From: Planctomycetota bacterium
GTDB taxonomy: Bacteria; Planctomycetota; Planctomycetia; Pirellulales; UBA1268
Direction of reading: 5' to 3'
Assembly: GCA_003670915.1 (NCBI GenBank)
Contig: QWQH01000017.1
Coordinates: forward strand, 7,845 to 71,844
Length of the DNA: 64,000 bases
The notes beneath the pieces were generated by a model. It worked only from the letters and a program-made list of their open reading frames with translations. It searched no databases and had not been told where the DNA came from. Below, piece by piece: positions 20,480-30,120 of this stretch (the stretch's first letter is position 1; the number at the start of each line of letters is the position of its first letter). The position numbers and the translations under genes are program-made.

Positions 20480-21175
20480 ATGGGACAAAAAGTAAATCCA
20501 ATCGGATTCCGGACCGGTATTACCGAGCCTTGGAAGAGCCGTTGGTATGCCTCCAAAAAAGACTTCCGCGAGTTATTGCTAGAAGATTTTCGGATGCGGA
20601 AGTTCCTCAAGACAAAATATCGCGCTGCAGCGATTCCCAAGGTGGAGATTGAGCGCACTCGCGACGAAGTAAAGGTGATTCTGCATTCGGCGCGTCCTGG
20701 CGTGATTATTGGTCGCAAGGGGCAGGAGGTGGATCGCTTGCAAAGCGAACTCCAAGAACTCATTGGCCGGCGGGTGAATCTCAAGGTAGAAGAAGTTTCT
20801 CGGCCCGAGATTATGGCCCAACTCATTGCTGAGGATATCGCCGATCAACTGACAAAGCGGGCTGCTTTTCGGCGTACCATGAAGCGATCCATCGACACAA
20901 CGATGGATGCGGGCGCAAAAGGTGTAAAAATTCAATTGTCTGGTCGTTTAGGTGGTGCGGAAATGTCGCGATGCGAAAAGGGCATGGCTGGCTCCGTGCC
21001 GCTCTCAACTTTGCGGGCAAAAATCGATTACGGGTTCTGCGAGGCTCCCACGGCGCAGGGCAATATCGGAGTTCAAGTGTGGGTCAACCAAGGCATGTAC
21101 GAGGAGAACGGCGATGGCGCTGATGCCCAAGAGGGTCAAGCACCGAAAAAGCCAAAGAGGTCGTATAAGAGGTGA
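20480..21175 (+). CDS. rpsC: 30S ribosomal protein S3
   Basis: MGQKVNPIGFRTGITEPWKSRWYASKKDF...IIGRKGQEVDRL... (KH domain), with an acidic/basic C-terminal tail. Confidence 0.97.
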   Translation: MGQKVNPIGFRTGITEPWKSRWYASKKDFRELLLEDFRMRKFLKTKYRAAAIPKVEIERTRDEVKVILHSARPGVIIGRKGQEVDRLQSELQELIGRRVNLKVEEVSRPEIMAQLIAEDIADQLTKRAAFRRTMKRSIDTTMDAGAKGVKIQLSGRLGGAEMSRCEKGMAGSVPLSTLRAKIDYGFCEAPTAQGNIGVQVWVNQGMYEENGDGADAQEGQAPKKPKRSYKR

Positions 21176-21530
21176 TGCCTCTCGCGGCAACCGCGTCGTC
21201 TTCGGCGACTTCGGCCTTCAGGCCGAACAACCGGGGTGGCTCCCTGCTGCGACGATCGAAGCTGGCCGCGTTGCGGCCCAGCAATACCTCCGAACGGAGG
21301 GAAGGCTATTCGTGCGCGTGTTTCCACATAAATCGATCACATCTATTCCGTTGGAAACGCGGATGGGTAAGGGTAAGGGCGAGCCTGAGTTTTGGGCAGC
21401 CGTTATTAAGCCGGGTGCGATTCTGTATGAAATCGGTGGTGTGTCGGAGGATGCGGCCAGAATGTGCCTCTCGAGGCTGGCGCACAAAATGCCGCTCCGT
21501 GTGCGGTTTGTAAAGCGACGGGCCATGTAG
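21114..21530 (+). CDS. rplP: 50S ribosomal protein L16
   Basis: The internal ATG at 21114 (alternative 21123) gives MALMPKRVKHRKSQRGRIRG...RMGKGKGEPEFWAAVIKPGAILYEI. The start lies inside the rpsC 3' end, out of frame. Confidence 0.94.
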   Translation: MALMPKRVKHRKSQRGRIRGDASRGNRVVFGDFGLQAEQPGWLPAATIEAGRVAAQQYLRTEGRLFVRVFPHKSITSIPLETRMGKGKGEPEFWAAVIKPGAILYEIGGVSEDAARMCLSRLAHKMPLRVRFVKRRAM

Positions 21531-21588
21531 ACGTTTGTTGGAATACGCAGTGCAAGAAGCATTTCGAGAAGAGAACTTCAGTAACAAT

Positions 21589-21864
21589 ATGAGCAAAATA
21601 CGAGACATTCTTGAGATGAGCGACGAGCAGATCCGTCTCGTCTGGAAAGACGCAGCGGAATCGCTGTTTCGCCTGCGGCTCTCCGCTCAGACAGAAAAGC
21701 TTGCGTCCCCCTCTGATGTTCGAAAAGGACGCCACACGATAGCCCGCTGCCAGACGGTGCTCAACCAGCGGGGTAGTCCGATGGTGGCTGATGTTCCTGG
21801 GGAGGCCACTACCCCGACAGAGCAAACAAAGAAAATAAAAAAACCAAAGAAAAGTACCTCGTAA
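21589..21864 (+). CDS. rpmC: 50S ribosomal protein L29 (C-terminal Lys-rich tail)
   Basis: The internal ATG at 21589 gives MSKIRDILEMSDEQIRLVWKDAAESLFRLRLSAQTEKLASPSDVRKGRHTIARCQTVL. Confidence 0.88.
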   Translation: MSKIRDILEMSDEQIRLVWKDAAESLFRLRLSAQTEKLASPSDVRKGRHTIARCQTVLNQRGSPMVADVPGEATTPTEQTKKIKKPKKSTS

Positions 21865-21917
21865 CATTGAACTCAGTTCCTCAACTGCGTTCTTGAGATA
21901 ATTCAGGAAATCCCCAA

Positions 21918-22310
21918 ATGCCCAAGCGAATGGAAACAGGAACGGTCACCAGCGCCGCGTCGAGCAAGACTCGCCGCGTTGAGATCCCGCGCGTGATCCG
22001 CCATGCCAAGTACGGCAAGATTATGCATCGTCGCACGGTCTGCCACGTGCACGACGAAGACGAAACATCCAAGCTCGGCGACATGGTGGAGATTATCGAA
22101 TGCCGGCCACGCAGTCGCCTGAAGCGATGGGAACTTGTGCGAGTGGTGTCCAAGAGCACCGCTGTCGATGTGGCTTCGCTTCGCAGCGGCGCAAGGGCCA
22201 CACAGATGCGAGAGTCGGCGGCCAAGGCTGAGGCTGCCGCAGCAACCGGTGGGCCCTCGCCTGCATCACCAAAATCTGCGCCCCGGACAACTGAAGGGCG
22301 GGCCAAATGA
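21918..22310 (+). CDS. rpsQ: 30S ribosomal protein S17 (~45-aa Ala-rich C-terminal tail)
   Basis: [69 protein letters not shown]. Confidence 0.94.
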   Translation: MPKRMETGTVTSAASSKTRRVEIPRVIRHAKYGKIMHRRTVCHVHDEDETSKLGDMVEIIECRPRSRLKRWELVRVVSKSTAVDVASLRSGARATQMRESAAKAEAAAATGGPSPASPKSAPRTTEGRAK

Positions 22311-22675
22311 TTCAGATGCAAACGAGGCTTGTCGTGGCCGACAACACAGGCGCCAAGGAAGTGATGTGCTTCAAAGTGCTGGGTGGCAGCAAGAAGCGAA
22401 CGGCCGGCCTTGGTGATATTATTGTGTGCAGTGTGAAAACCGTGATTGCTGGCAGCGAGGTGAAGAAAAAGGCCGTTATCAAGGCCGTGATCGTGCGGTG
22501 CAAGCGGCCGACGAGGCGAGACGATGGAAGCTATGTGCAGTTTGACACCAACGCATGCGTGATAATCGATAACGAAAAAAATCCAAAAGGCACTCGCATC
22601 TTTGGTGCGGTGGCCCGTGAGCTGCGCGATCGCAATTTCATGAAGATCGTCAGCCTAGCCAGCGAGGTGGTGTGA
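22307..22675 (+). CDS. rplN: 50S ribosomal protein L14
   Basis: [31 protein letters not shown]. The ATG overlaps the rpsQ stop (ATGA). Confidence 0.97.
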   Translation: MIQMQTRLVVADNTGAKEVMCFKVLGGSKKRTAGLGDIIVCSVKTVIAGSEVKKKAVIKAVIVRCKRPTRRDDGSYVQFDTNACVIIDNEKNPKGTRIFGAVARELRDRNFMKIVSLASEVV

Positions 22676-23058
22676 TGCTGATTCGTTCCGGTGACATGAT
22701 CGAAGTGCAAACAGGCAACTCGCGTGGCAAGCGAGCAAAAGTCATTTCTGTACTCAATGACAAGGGAAAAATCGTCGTCGAGGGCGTCAACTTAGTCTAC
22801 CGCCACATGAAACGCAGCCAGAAGAATCAGCAGGGCGGCCGGCTGAGCAAAGAAATGCCGATTGATGTTTCCAACGTGTTGATTGTGTGCGGTTCCTGCA
22901 GCAAAGCCACGCGAATCGGCGTGCGGGTATCGGCCGACGGAGGCAAATCGCGGTTCTGCAAGAAGTGCGGCGCAGAATTGAGCGTGCTGAGGCCGCCGCG
23001 AGCGGTAAAGGCACTCGGAAAGAAGGCAGTCGCCTCGAAGGCAGCGGTCAGTACATAA
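22675..23058 (+). CDS. rplX: 50S ribosomal protein L24 (CxxC...CxxC zinc-ribbon form)
   Basis: [24 protein letters not shown] (KOW), then [29 protein letters not shown]. The start is ATG 22675 or GTG 22672, overlapping the rplN stop. Confidence 0.93.
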   Translation: MLIRSGDMIEVQTGNSRGKRAKVISVLNDKGKIVVEGVNLVYRHMKRSQKNQQGGRLSKEMPIDVSNVLIVCGSCSKATRIGVRVSADGGKSRFCKKCGAELSVLRPPRAVKALGKKAVASKAAVST

Positions 23059-23126
23059 GGGCATTCGGATAAAGGGCCAAGCGCCGGACTCTCGCGATAC
23101 ACTCTCAAGATTCAAGGACAGTTTTG

Positions 23127-23762
23127 ATGGCAAAGACAGTAAAGAAAACAAAAGCGGTAACTCCGAAAGCATCGCCTTCGTCGGTGCCTGCTGGCACGCC
23201 GCGGATGTTGGATCACTATTTAAAAACAGTTCAACCGGCGCTTGGCAAGGCGCTTTCCCGCACGAATTCCCTGGCGATCCCACGGCTCGAAAAAATCGTC
23301 GTAAACATGGGTGTCGGGGTTGCTGTAACGGAGAAAAAATACCTCGAGGAGGCCATTGGCGCGATGGCGCAGGTGACTGGACAGAAGCCGATTGCCACGC
23401 TCTCTAAAGTTGCTGTCTCCGGATTTAAGCTGAGAGAAAACCTCCCCATTGGCTGCAAGGTTACATTGCGTGGCCGGCGGATGTATGAATTTCTCGACCG
23501 ACTTGTGTCGGTCGCGCTTCCGCGGGTGCGGGATTTTAGAGGACTGTCGAGTACCGCCTTTGACGGCCACGGCAATTACAGCCTTGGTCTTTCGGAGCAG
23601 ATGGTTTTTCCAGAGATCAACCCGGATAAATACACTCGCCCGCAGGGGATGAATATCACGTTAGTCACATCGGCTAAAAACGACGACGATGCCCGCCAGT
23701 TTTTGCGGGCCATGGGAGTTCCGCTGAAAAAAGACAAGGAAGACGATGATGCCGCTGCGTAG
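23127..23762 (+). CDS. rplE: 50S ribosomal protein L5 (N-terminal Lys/Pro/Ser extension)
   Basis: IPRLEKIVVNMGVGVAVTEKKYLEEAIGAMAQVTGQKP...FRGLSSTAFDGHGNYSLGLSEQMVFPEI. Confidence 0.95.
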   Translation: MAKTVKKTKAVTPKASPSSVPAGTPRMLDHYLKTVQPALGKALSRTNSLAIPRLEKIVVNMGVGVAVTEKKYLEEAIGAMAQVTGQKPIATLSKVAVSGFKLRENLPIGCKVTLRGRRMYEFLDRLVSVALPRVRDFRGLSSTAFDGHGNYSLGLSEQMVFPEINPDKYTRPQGMNITLVTSAKNDDDARQFLRAMGVPLKKDKEDDDAAA

Positions 23763-23847
23763 CGGTGTTCGTACGATTGAATAGCAGCCCCCCAAGGGGC
23801 AGGCATCCCTGAAGCGAGTCCCCCTCGGCTCGCGGTTGGAAAAATAT

Positions 23848-24033
23848 ATGGCAAGTAAGTCAAAAATCGCAGCCGCCAAGCGGCCGCCTAAGTTCTCCAC
23901 CCGGGCTGTGAATCGCTGCATGCTCTGCGGCAGGCCCCGTGCGGTGTACCGTAAGTTTGGGATTTGCCGTATTTGTTTTCGTAAGCTCGCTGATCAAGGC
24001 AATATTCCTGGTGTTCGTAAGGCCAGTTGGTAA
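23848..24033 (+). CDS. rpsN: 30S ribosomal protein S14, type Z (zinc-binding, 61 aa)
   Basis: [61 protein letters not shown] (CxxC...CxxC). Confidence 0.95.
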   Translation: MASKSKIAAAKRPPKFSTRAVNRCMLCGRPRAVYRKFGICRICFRKLADQGNIPGVRKASW

Positions 24034-24099
24034 GGGGCCATCTGGCACTGGCCAGTTGGTTCTGTGTGATGCTTTTTAATTTACAAAGGCTCTTTTGAC

Positions 24100-24501
24100 A
24101 TGATGACCGACCCCATCGCCGACATGCTCACTCGCATCCGCAATGCGGTGCGCATTGAACGCGCGACCGTGGAGATTCCTAGTTCGAAGGTAAAGCGAGG
24201 CGTCGCAGACGTTCTCAAGCGAGAGGGATTTATTTGGGATTGGCGTGAAATCAGTTCAGAATCGGGCCCGTCATCCAAGCTGCATTTGGAGCTGAAGTAC
24301 GGCCCAAACGGCGAGCGGTTGATCCGACATATTCGGCGAGTCAGTTCACCCGGCAAGCGAGTCTATAGCCGGTCAGTGCTCCTGCGTCCTGTTCTGGGAG
24401 GCCTAGGGATTTCGATTCTTTCCACATCCAGCGGCGTTGTAAGTGATCGAGAAGCCAGGCAGCGAAAACTCGGCGGCGAAGTGCTCTGCGAGTTGTGGTA
24501 G
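24100..24501 (+). CDS. rpsH: 30S ribosomal protein S8
   Basis: MMTDPIADMLTRIRNAVRIERATVEIPSSKVKRGVADVLKREGFI. Confidence 0.97.
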   Translation: MMTDPIADMLTRIRNAVRIERATVEIPSSKVKRGVADVLKREGFIWDWREISSESGPSSKLHLELKYGPNGERLIRHIRRVSSPGKRVYSRSVLLRPVLGGLGISILSTSSGVVSDREARQRKLGGEVLCELW

Positions 24502-24522
24502 TCATAGAAAGGTCACGGATTC

Positions 24523-25068
24523 ATGTCTCGCATCGGTAAAGCACCAGTCACCATTCCCAAAGGCGTCAAGCTGGCTGTTGAAGCAGGCACGCTCAGGGTC
24601 GAAGGACCGCTTGGCAAACTCGAGCAGCGGCCGCATGCCGCTGTTGGGATTGAAATCGATCAGGCCGCCAGCGTTGTGAAAGTCACTCGATCCGACGACA
24701 GTCGTATGTCGCGGGCCTTGCACGGCCTCACGCGGGCTTTGGTGGCGAATATGGTCGAGGGTGTCACGAAGGGCTACGAGAAAAAGCTTGAAATCGTGGG
24801 CGTCGGCTATATCGCAGCGATCCAAAAAAATACGCTGCAGCTTCGCGTTGGCTTTGCCAATGAACTGCAGATACCGATTCCAGCAGGCCTCACCGTTCTC
24901 TGTCCCGACCAGACGCATATTGTGATCAAAGGAATCGATAAGCAACTTGTTGGCCAGTTTGCGGCCGAAGTTCGTGCCAAGCGCAAGCCCGAACCATACA
25001 AGGGCAAAGGCATCCGGTATGAAAATGAGCAAGTGCGTCGCAAGGCCGGCAAGGCAGTCACGAAGTAG
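24523..25068 (+). CDS. rplF: 50S ribosomal protein L6
   Basis: MSRIGKAPVTIPKGVKLAVEAGTLRVEGPLGKL...EIVGVGYIAA...PEPYKGKGIRYENE. Confidence 0.97.
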   Translation: MSRIGKAPVTIPKGVKLAVEAGTLRVEGPLGKLEQRPHAAVGIEIDQAASVVKVTRSDDSRMSRALHGLTRALVANMVEGVTKGYEKKLEIVGVGYIAAIQKNTLQLRVGFANELQIPIPAGLTVLCPDQTHIVIKGIDKQLVGQFAAEVRAKRKPEPYKGKGIRYENEQVRRKAGKAVTK

Positions 25069-25153
25069 CCGCACTGCTCGGAACGAATGGAAGCCAGAAA
25101 CCCAAATTAGTTTTTCATTGAAGCCCGTTTAACCCAAGTATTTTACAGCCCCC

Positions 25154-25522
25154 ATGGATCACTCACGAACAATTCTCAGGCAGCGCATGCGACGCCGCCA
25201 CCGCGTGCGCCGAGCCATTCGCGGCACGACAGAGCGTCCGCGATTGGCCGTATTTAGAACGCATAAGCATATTTATGCGCAGGTCATCGACGACTCAACG
25301 GGCTGTACCCTCGTGTCGGCAAGTTCAATGGACAAGGAGATTCGCGACAGCGTTGCGTTTGGCGGCAACAAGCAGGCTGCCGAGGCGATTGGGCGTGCAG
25401 TGGCTGAGCGTGCCGCTGCGGCTGGTTTGAAAAAAGTATGCTTTGATCGCGCTGAGTTTCGCTATCACGGCCGCGTGGCAGCTCTGGCCGATGCGGCGCG
25501 GGCCGCAGGCTTAGAATTTTAA
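25154..25522 (+). CDS. rplR: 50S ribosomal protein L18
   Basis: [31 protein letters not shown]...[26 protein letters not shown]. Confidence 0.96.
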   Translation: MDHSRTILRQRMRRRHRVRRAIRGTTERPRLAVFRTHKHIYAQVIDDSTGCTLVSASSMDKEIRDSVAFGGNKQAAEAIGRAVAERAAAAGLKKVCFDRAEFRYHGRVAALADAARAAGLEF

Positions 25523-25540
25523 AGGAAAAGAAAAACCATA

Positions 25541-26095
25541 ATGGCAAACCCAGCAAACAGCTCCGAACGCACCCCCGATCGACCCCAGCGAAGGCAGCCG
25601 GGCGGATCGGGCGGCAAGGAAGCCCGAGGCGGTGAATTCGCTGAAAAAGTCGTGAAAGTGAGGCGTTGCGCCACGGTCGTAAAAGGCGGCCGTCGATTTA
25701 GTTTTGCGGGCCTTGTGGTCGTCGGAAACGGTCGGGGGAGGGTTGGCTGCGGGTACGCAAAGGCCAACGAAGTGCCACCGGCAGTTGAAAAAGCGATCAA
25801 AGATGGAATGAAAAACCTGATCGATGTGCCAGTTGAGTCGGGCACAATTCCCCATCGTGTTGAAGGCCTGAGCGGCACCTCCCGGGTGATCTTGCTCCCA
25901 GCCAGTCCTGGTACGGGCATCATTGCTGGGGCGGCGGTGCGGGCGGTTTGTGAGTCGGCCGGCATTCGCGACGTTTTGAGCAAGGCACACGGTTCGACCA
26001 ACCCCGTCAATCTCGTCAAGGCGGCGCTCGATGGGCTGAAGCAGTTAAGAACTCGCAGCGACGTGGAGCGGCTGCGTGGCGTGACTCTTTCATAA
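25541..26095 (+). CDS. rpsE: 30S ribosomal protein S5
   Basis: VVKVRRCATVVKGGRRFSFAGLVVVGNGRGRVGCGYAKANEVPPAVEKA...PASPGTGIIAG. Confidence 0.97.
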   Translation: MANPANSSERTPDRPQRRQPGGSGGKEARGGEFAEKVVKVRRCATVVKGGRRFSFAGLVVVGNGRGRVGCGYAKANEVPPAVEKAIKDGMKNLIDVPVESGTIPHRVEGLSGTSRVILLPASPGTGIIAGAAVRAVCESAGIRDVLSKAHGSTNPVNLVKAALDGLKQLRTRSDVERLRGVTLS

Positions 26096-26151
26096 GCTCT
26101 GTCAGAAGAACGATTCAAAAAGAGTGTCAGGTATTTGGGTAAGGTAGAGCC

Positions 26152-26177
26152 TCAGTCGAGCAACTTCAGTCGAGCAA
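26152..26177 (+). repeat. 12-nt direct repeat (14-nt period) in the rpsE-rplO spacer
   Basis: TCAGTCGAGCAA occurs at 26152-26163 and again at 26166-26177, just upstream of the rplO start. This is the spot where rpmD sits in many bacteria. Confidence 0.75.
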
Positions 26178-26187
26178 GGAATTCATC

Positions 26188-26694
26188 ATGCAGATCAGCG
26201 ATGTCAACCGGGGTATTCATAAGAACCGCAAGCGGCTGCGCATTGGCCGCGGCCCAGGCTCCGGCCGTGGAAAAACATCTGGTCGTGGTCACAAAGGGCA
26301 AGGGCAACTCGCTGGCTGGAGCGCGCCGTCGATTTTCGAAGGTGCACGGATGCCACTCATTCGACAGATCCCGAAGCGAGGGTTTCACAACCGTTACGGC
26401 AGGATTGTCATCGGCATTAACGTGGATGATCTCAATACATGTTTTTCCTCTGGAAGCCAGGTCAGCCCAGAGACTCTTCGTACGGCTGGTCTTGCCAAAG
26501 GCATCTGGGATGAAGTAAAGATTCTCGGCGACGGAGCCCTGATGAAGTCGCTACAGGTTTCGGCGCACCACTTCAGCGCTCAGGCTCGGGAGAAGATCCT
26601 GGCAGCCGGTGGAACGGCGACTGAATTGCCAGGCCCGGCACCCGTAGTGCGGAATAAGAAAAAGGCATCGCGGAAAAAGCCCCTGGCCGGGTAG
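26188..26694 (+). CDS. rplO: 50S ribosomal protein L15
   Basis: RKRLRIGRGPGSGRGKTSGRGHKGQGQLAGW...EGARMPLIRQIPKRGF. Confidence 0.96.
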   Translation: MQISDVNRGIHKNRKRLRIGRGPGSGRGKTSGRGHKGQGQLAGWSAPSIFEGARMPLIRQIPKRGFHNRYGRIVIGINVDDLNTCFSSGSQVSPETLRTAGLAKGIWDEVKILGDGALMKSLQVSAHHFSAQAREKILAAGGTATELPGPAPVVRNKKKASRKKPLAG

Positions 26695-26738
26695 TGTATG
26701 GCTCCAGTGCCTCACGATGGAGCAAAGGAGTCAGTCAC

Positions 26739-28100
26739 GTGCTCGAAAAACTTCGCATTATTTTTACGATCCCCGAACTGCGTCAGAAGATTCTGTTGAC
26801 GCTTGGATTGCTAGCAATCTATCGGGTGGGCTGGCAGGTTCCGCTGCCGATCGTTGACCCCAAGGCCATGACAGCCTTCGCGGAGGAAGCTGGTGGCATT
26901 AGCGATCTGCTCAAGACGGTAGCTGTATTTTCAGCCAGCCAACTCTCGCAGGCCACGATCTTCGGTCTCGGGATCATGCCCTATATTTCAGCGTCCATTA
27001 TCTTCCAACTGCTTGGAACAGTCTGGGCTCCGCTGGAGCGGTTACAAAAAGAGGGCGAGGCCGGGCGCAAGAAGATCAACGAATACACTCGCTATGCCAC
27101 GGTGGTGATTTGCTTGGTTCAGAGTTGGGCCTATGTTGCGTTTTTGTCAAACACGCAAGTGGGCGAGATGCCCTTGATTCAACCCAGCTTTCTCGTTGAC
27201 GGTAGGCTACCGCTGGCGTGGCAATTTACTGCCGTGATGACGATGACAGCAGGCACTATTTTTCTTATGTGGCTGGGCGAGCAGATCGATGAGTTTGGCA
27301 TTGGCAACGGCATCAGTCTCTTGATTATGGCCGGTATTCTGGCGGCCATGCCGAGCGCCCTCGTGGAATTAACCAGCGATACAACATGGGAATTGGGAGG
27401 TGCGGGCGGAAAAATGGGAATCGAAACGATTCTCGTGCTCGCCGCGCTGTTTGTTGGCGTCGTGGCAGGCGTTGTTTTTATGACGCAAGGGCAGCGACGC
27501 ATCCCTACGCAGAGTGCCAAGCACGTGCGAGGCAGGCGTGTGTATGGCGGTACCAGGCAGTATCTGCCGCTTCGCGTGAATCAGGCCGGTGTGATGCCGA
27601 TTATTTTTGCCAGCTCGTTATTACTCTTTCCACAAATGCTTTTTCAGTACTTGCATAATGCGAATCCCGGCAGTGCCATTCTGGGGTCTTTGCACGATTC
27701 TTTTACGAGAGGCCAGTCGTATCTCTACAACGTGCTCTACGTCGTGCTGATCTACTTCTTCTGTTATTTCTGGACGGCGATCACGTTTAATCCCAAGGAG
27801 ATGGCAGACAACCTCAAGAATTTTGGGGCATTTATTCCGGGCTATAGACCAGGCAAGCGAACTGCCGACTTTCTGGAACGAGTGATGGAGCGAATCACGT
27901 ATGTCGGTGCTGCGTTTTTAGCACTGGTTGCTATCATTCCGACGATCGTGGGTGGATCGCTCGGGATTCCGTCGCAGATCGCGAGTTTCTACGGAGGCAC
28001 CGGGTTGTTGATTGCAGTGAGTGTGGCGTTTGACCTCGTGCAGAAGATCGACAGCCATCTGGTGATGAGGAATTACACGGGGCTCCTAGAGAAATCCTAA
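26739..28100 (+). CDS. secY: Preprotein translocase subunit SecY
   Basis: LEKLRIIFTIPELRQKILLTLGLLAIYRVGWQVPLP..., GIMPYISASIIFQLL, and 10-TM length. The GTG at 26739 has AAGGAG 8 nt upstream. The ORF-track start at 26694 is the alternative. Confidence 0.95.
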   Translation: MLEKLRIIFTIPELRQKILLTLGLLAIYRVGWQVPLPIVDPKAMTAFAEEAGGISDLLKTVAVFSASQLSQATIFGLGIMPYISASIIFQLLGTVWAPLERLQKEGEAGRKKINEYTRYATVVICLVQSWAYVAFLSNTQVGEMPLIQPSFLVDGRLPLAWQFTAVMTMTAGTIFLMWLGEQIDEFGIGNGISLLIMAGILAAMPSALVELTSDTTWELGGAGGKMGIETILVLAALFVGVVAGVVFMTQGQRRIPTQSAKHVRGRRVYGGTRQYLPLRVNQAGVMPIIFASSLLLFPQMLFQYLHNANPGSAILGSLHDSFTRGQSYLYNVLYVVLIYFFCYFWTAITFNPKEMADNLKNFGAFIPGYRPGKRTADFLERVMERITYVGAAFLALVAIIPTIVGGSLGIPSQIASFYGGTGLLIAVSVAFDLVQKIDSHLVMRNYTGLLEKS

Positions 28101-28208
28101 CTCGCCAATCCTGAAGCTATTCAAGCAGCTGTGGGGCCTTTGCTGCTGGTGCGGAATGTTTCCTCTGTGGCCCATTCATTGACTCCTTCGTCACGACGCA
28201 GATACGCC

Positions 28209-28775
28209 ATGCGGATCATCCTTATCGGACCGCCAGGGGCTGGCAAAGGCACTCAGTGCCAACGGCTTGTGGACTATCTGCGTGTGCCACATCTCTCAAC
28301 GGGCGAGATGCTGCGAGCGGCTGTGCGAGCCGGTACAGCCGAGGGGCTTGCCGCTGCGCATTTCATGGCCCAAGGGCAGCTTGTGCCTGACCCAATGATT
28401 TTGGGGTTGGTGACCAAGCGATTGGAAGCCGCGGATTGTCGAGATGGATGCCTGCTCGATGGTTTTCCGCGTACGTTACCGCAGGCGGCAATGCTGGATG
28501 ACTTGCTCGACTGCCGCGCCATGAGCGTCGACGGTGTGATCGAACTGGCGGTGCCTCGGGACGAACTGGTCCATCGGATGCTGGCTCGCAAGCGAGAGGA
28601 TGACAACCCCGAGATTTTTGCCAAGCGTATTGCCAGTTTTGAGGTTCAAACCGCTCCGTTACTCGACTACTACAAGCGACAGGGGAAGCTTGCTAGCATT
28701 GACGGGCTGGGCACGGCGGACGAGATTTTTAACCGAGTGCGTGAGGCGTTACGGCGATTGAAGCGAGATTCTTGA
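28209..28775 (+). CDS. adk: Adenylate kinase (short-LID form)
   Basis: The internal ATG at 28209 gives MRIILIGPPGAGKGTQCQRL...LSTGEMLRAAV...LLDGFPRTLPQA. Confidence 0.95.
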   Translation: MRIILIGPPGAGKGTQCQRLVDYLRVPHLSTGEMLRAAVRAGTAEGLAAAHFMAQGQLVPDPMILGLVTKRLEAADCRDGCLLDGFPRTLPQAAMLDDLLDCRAMSVDGVIELAVPRDELVHRMLARKREDDNPEIFAKRIASFEVQTAPLLDYYKRQGKLASIDGLGTADEIFNRVREALRRLKRDS

Positions 28776-29080
28776 CAGGGCTAGCCTCGGCTACCCGCTC
28801 GCCATCGCCTCGGTTGGCGAGTTCTTGACGCGGATGGGCTACGACAATCCGAACCATCGCTTGAGAAAGCGTGGGGTCGGGTGAAGTTGATGCGAGTCGG
28901 CGTATCCTCGCATCGAGGCGGAGGCTTTACCCGCCCCCGGCGGATTCCTACCGCTCGGGCCTTCGGACAGTGATCGACGTGTTTTCACGGTCTGTCATTG
29001 GATCAAAATGGTTCCCGAGACATGCGTTCAATGAAATACCTAGTTGGAGAGAGTGCGGCGGGCGGTATACTGCTAAGCCG

Positions 29081-29941
29081 ATGCAGCGGCCGTTCGGTAT
29101 TTTCTCAAGTTTCCTTCAGCGTGGTGCAGAGTTCGTGGTAAATCTTCGTTCTGAGCGTGAGATTGCGGCCATGCGCCGAGCTGGCCTTGTGGTGTGGGGC
29201 GCGCATCAACTCGCTTTGTCGCTGGTGAGGCCAGGCGTGACAACTGGTGAGATGGACCGAGCGATCGAACAGTTTTTTCTAGATCATTCGGCCGTTCCGC
29301 TGTTCAAAGGAGTTCCTGGGAAGGTGCCGTTTCCTGCCGTGTGTTGCATGTCGGTAAACGAAGAAGTCGTGCATGGGATTCCGAGCGATCGCGTGCTGCT
29401 TGCGGGAGATATTGTGAGCATTGACACCGGCTGCAGTGTAGGAGGGTGGTGCGGAGATTCTGCAGTTACCTATCCTGTGGGCGAAATCGATGCGGATGTT
29501 CAGCGACTCCTCGACTGCACATCCGGTGTGCTGGCTCTGGCGATTCAGTTAATGGCCACGCGGAACCGCTGGAGCGACGTGGCTACGGAGATGGCCAAAT
29601 TCGTCCGGGATTACGGCTTCACCGTGGTCGAAAACTTTGTGGGACATGGGATTGGACGAAAAATGCACGAGGATCCCCAAGTTCCAAATTTTTGCACCCC
29701 GTCCTTTCGCCGCAACCACGACTTTGAGCTGGAGTCGGGCTTGGTGATCGCGGTGGAGCCTATGGTGAATATGGGTTCCAAGAAGGTGCGAGCCCTCCCT
29801 GACCACTGGACGCAGTCAACCGTCGATGGGCGGCCAAGTGCGCACTTTGAGCACACGGTGGCGTTGACAGAAAACGGCCCTGTTGTGCTGACGGCAGGGC
29901 CAGCGGCAGGCGATGCCTCAGCTACGGAAGCGTTGGTTTAA
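29081..29941 (+). CDS. map: Type I methionyl aminopeptidase
   Basis: [58 protein letters not shown] and [11 protein letters not shown]. The start is ambiguous: ATG 29081, GTG 29135, or the ORF-track GTG at 28871. Confidence 0.88.
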   Translation: MQRPFGIFSSFLQRGAEFVVNLRSEREIAAMRRAGLVVWGAHQLALSLVRPGVTTGEMDRAIEQFFLDHSAVPLFKGVPGKVPFPAVCCMSVNEEVVHGIPSDRVLLAGDIVSIDTGCSVGGWCGDSAVTYPVGEIDADVQRLLDCTSGVLALAIQLMATRNRWSDVATEMAKFVRDYGFTVVENFVGHGIGRKMHEDPQVPNFCTPSFRRNHDFELESGLVIAVEPMVNMGSKKVRALPDHWTQSTVDGRPSAHFEHTVALTENGPVVLTAGPAAGDASATEALV

Positions 29942-30003
29942 TTCGCTATTACAATCGTTGCGGGGGAGCCGATTGCGGAATTTGCCCGAGATAAGGCCCC
30001 CCC

Positions 30004-30033
30004 TTGTGATTGCTGCTGGCTTCTCCCTATACT
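30004..30033 (+). promoter_or_regulatory. Candidate promoter for rpmJ-rpsM-rpsK-rpsD-rpoA-rplQ
   Basis: TTGTGA (30004-09), an 18-nt spacer, then TATACT (30028-33), in the 180-nt gap after map. Confidence 0.3.
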
Positions 30034-30120
30034 CCGCGGTTTCCCACGAGTCATTCCCGATTTCGCCAGTCACCCTGAACGAGTTAAAGGCGTGGTCGGT
30101 AGCCCACCACGAGCTGTTGT

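Noticed and set aside
24502-26118. Two long minus-strand ORFs (24502..25074, 190 aa; 25519..26118, 199 aa)
   Set aside because: They are exactly antisense to rplF and rpsE, which are universally conserved. Long open antisense frames are expected at this GC content.
28871-29080. Full-length 356-aa reading of the map ORF as the definite gene model
   Set aside because: The conserved MetAP core starts about 85 codons later. I kept the shorter model as the feature and recorded the long form as an open question rather than asserting it.
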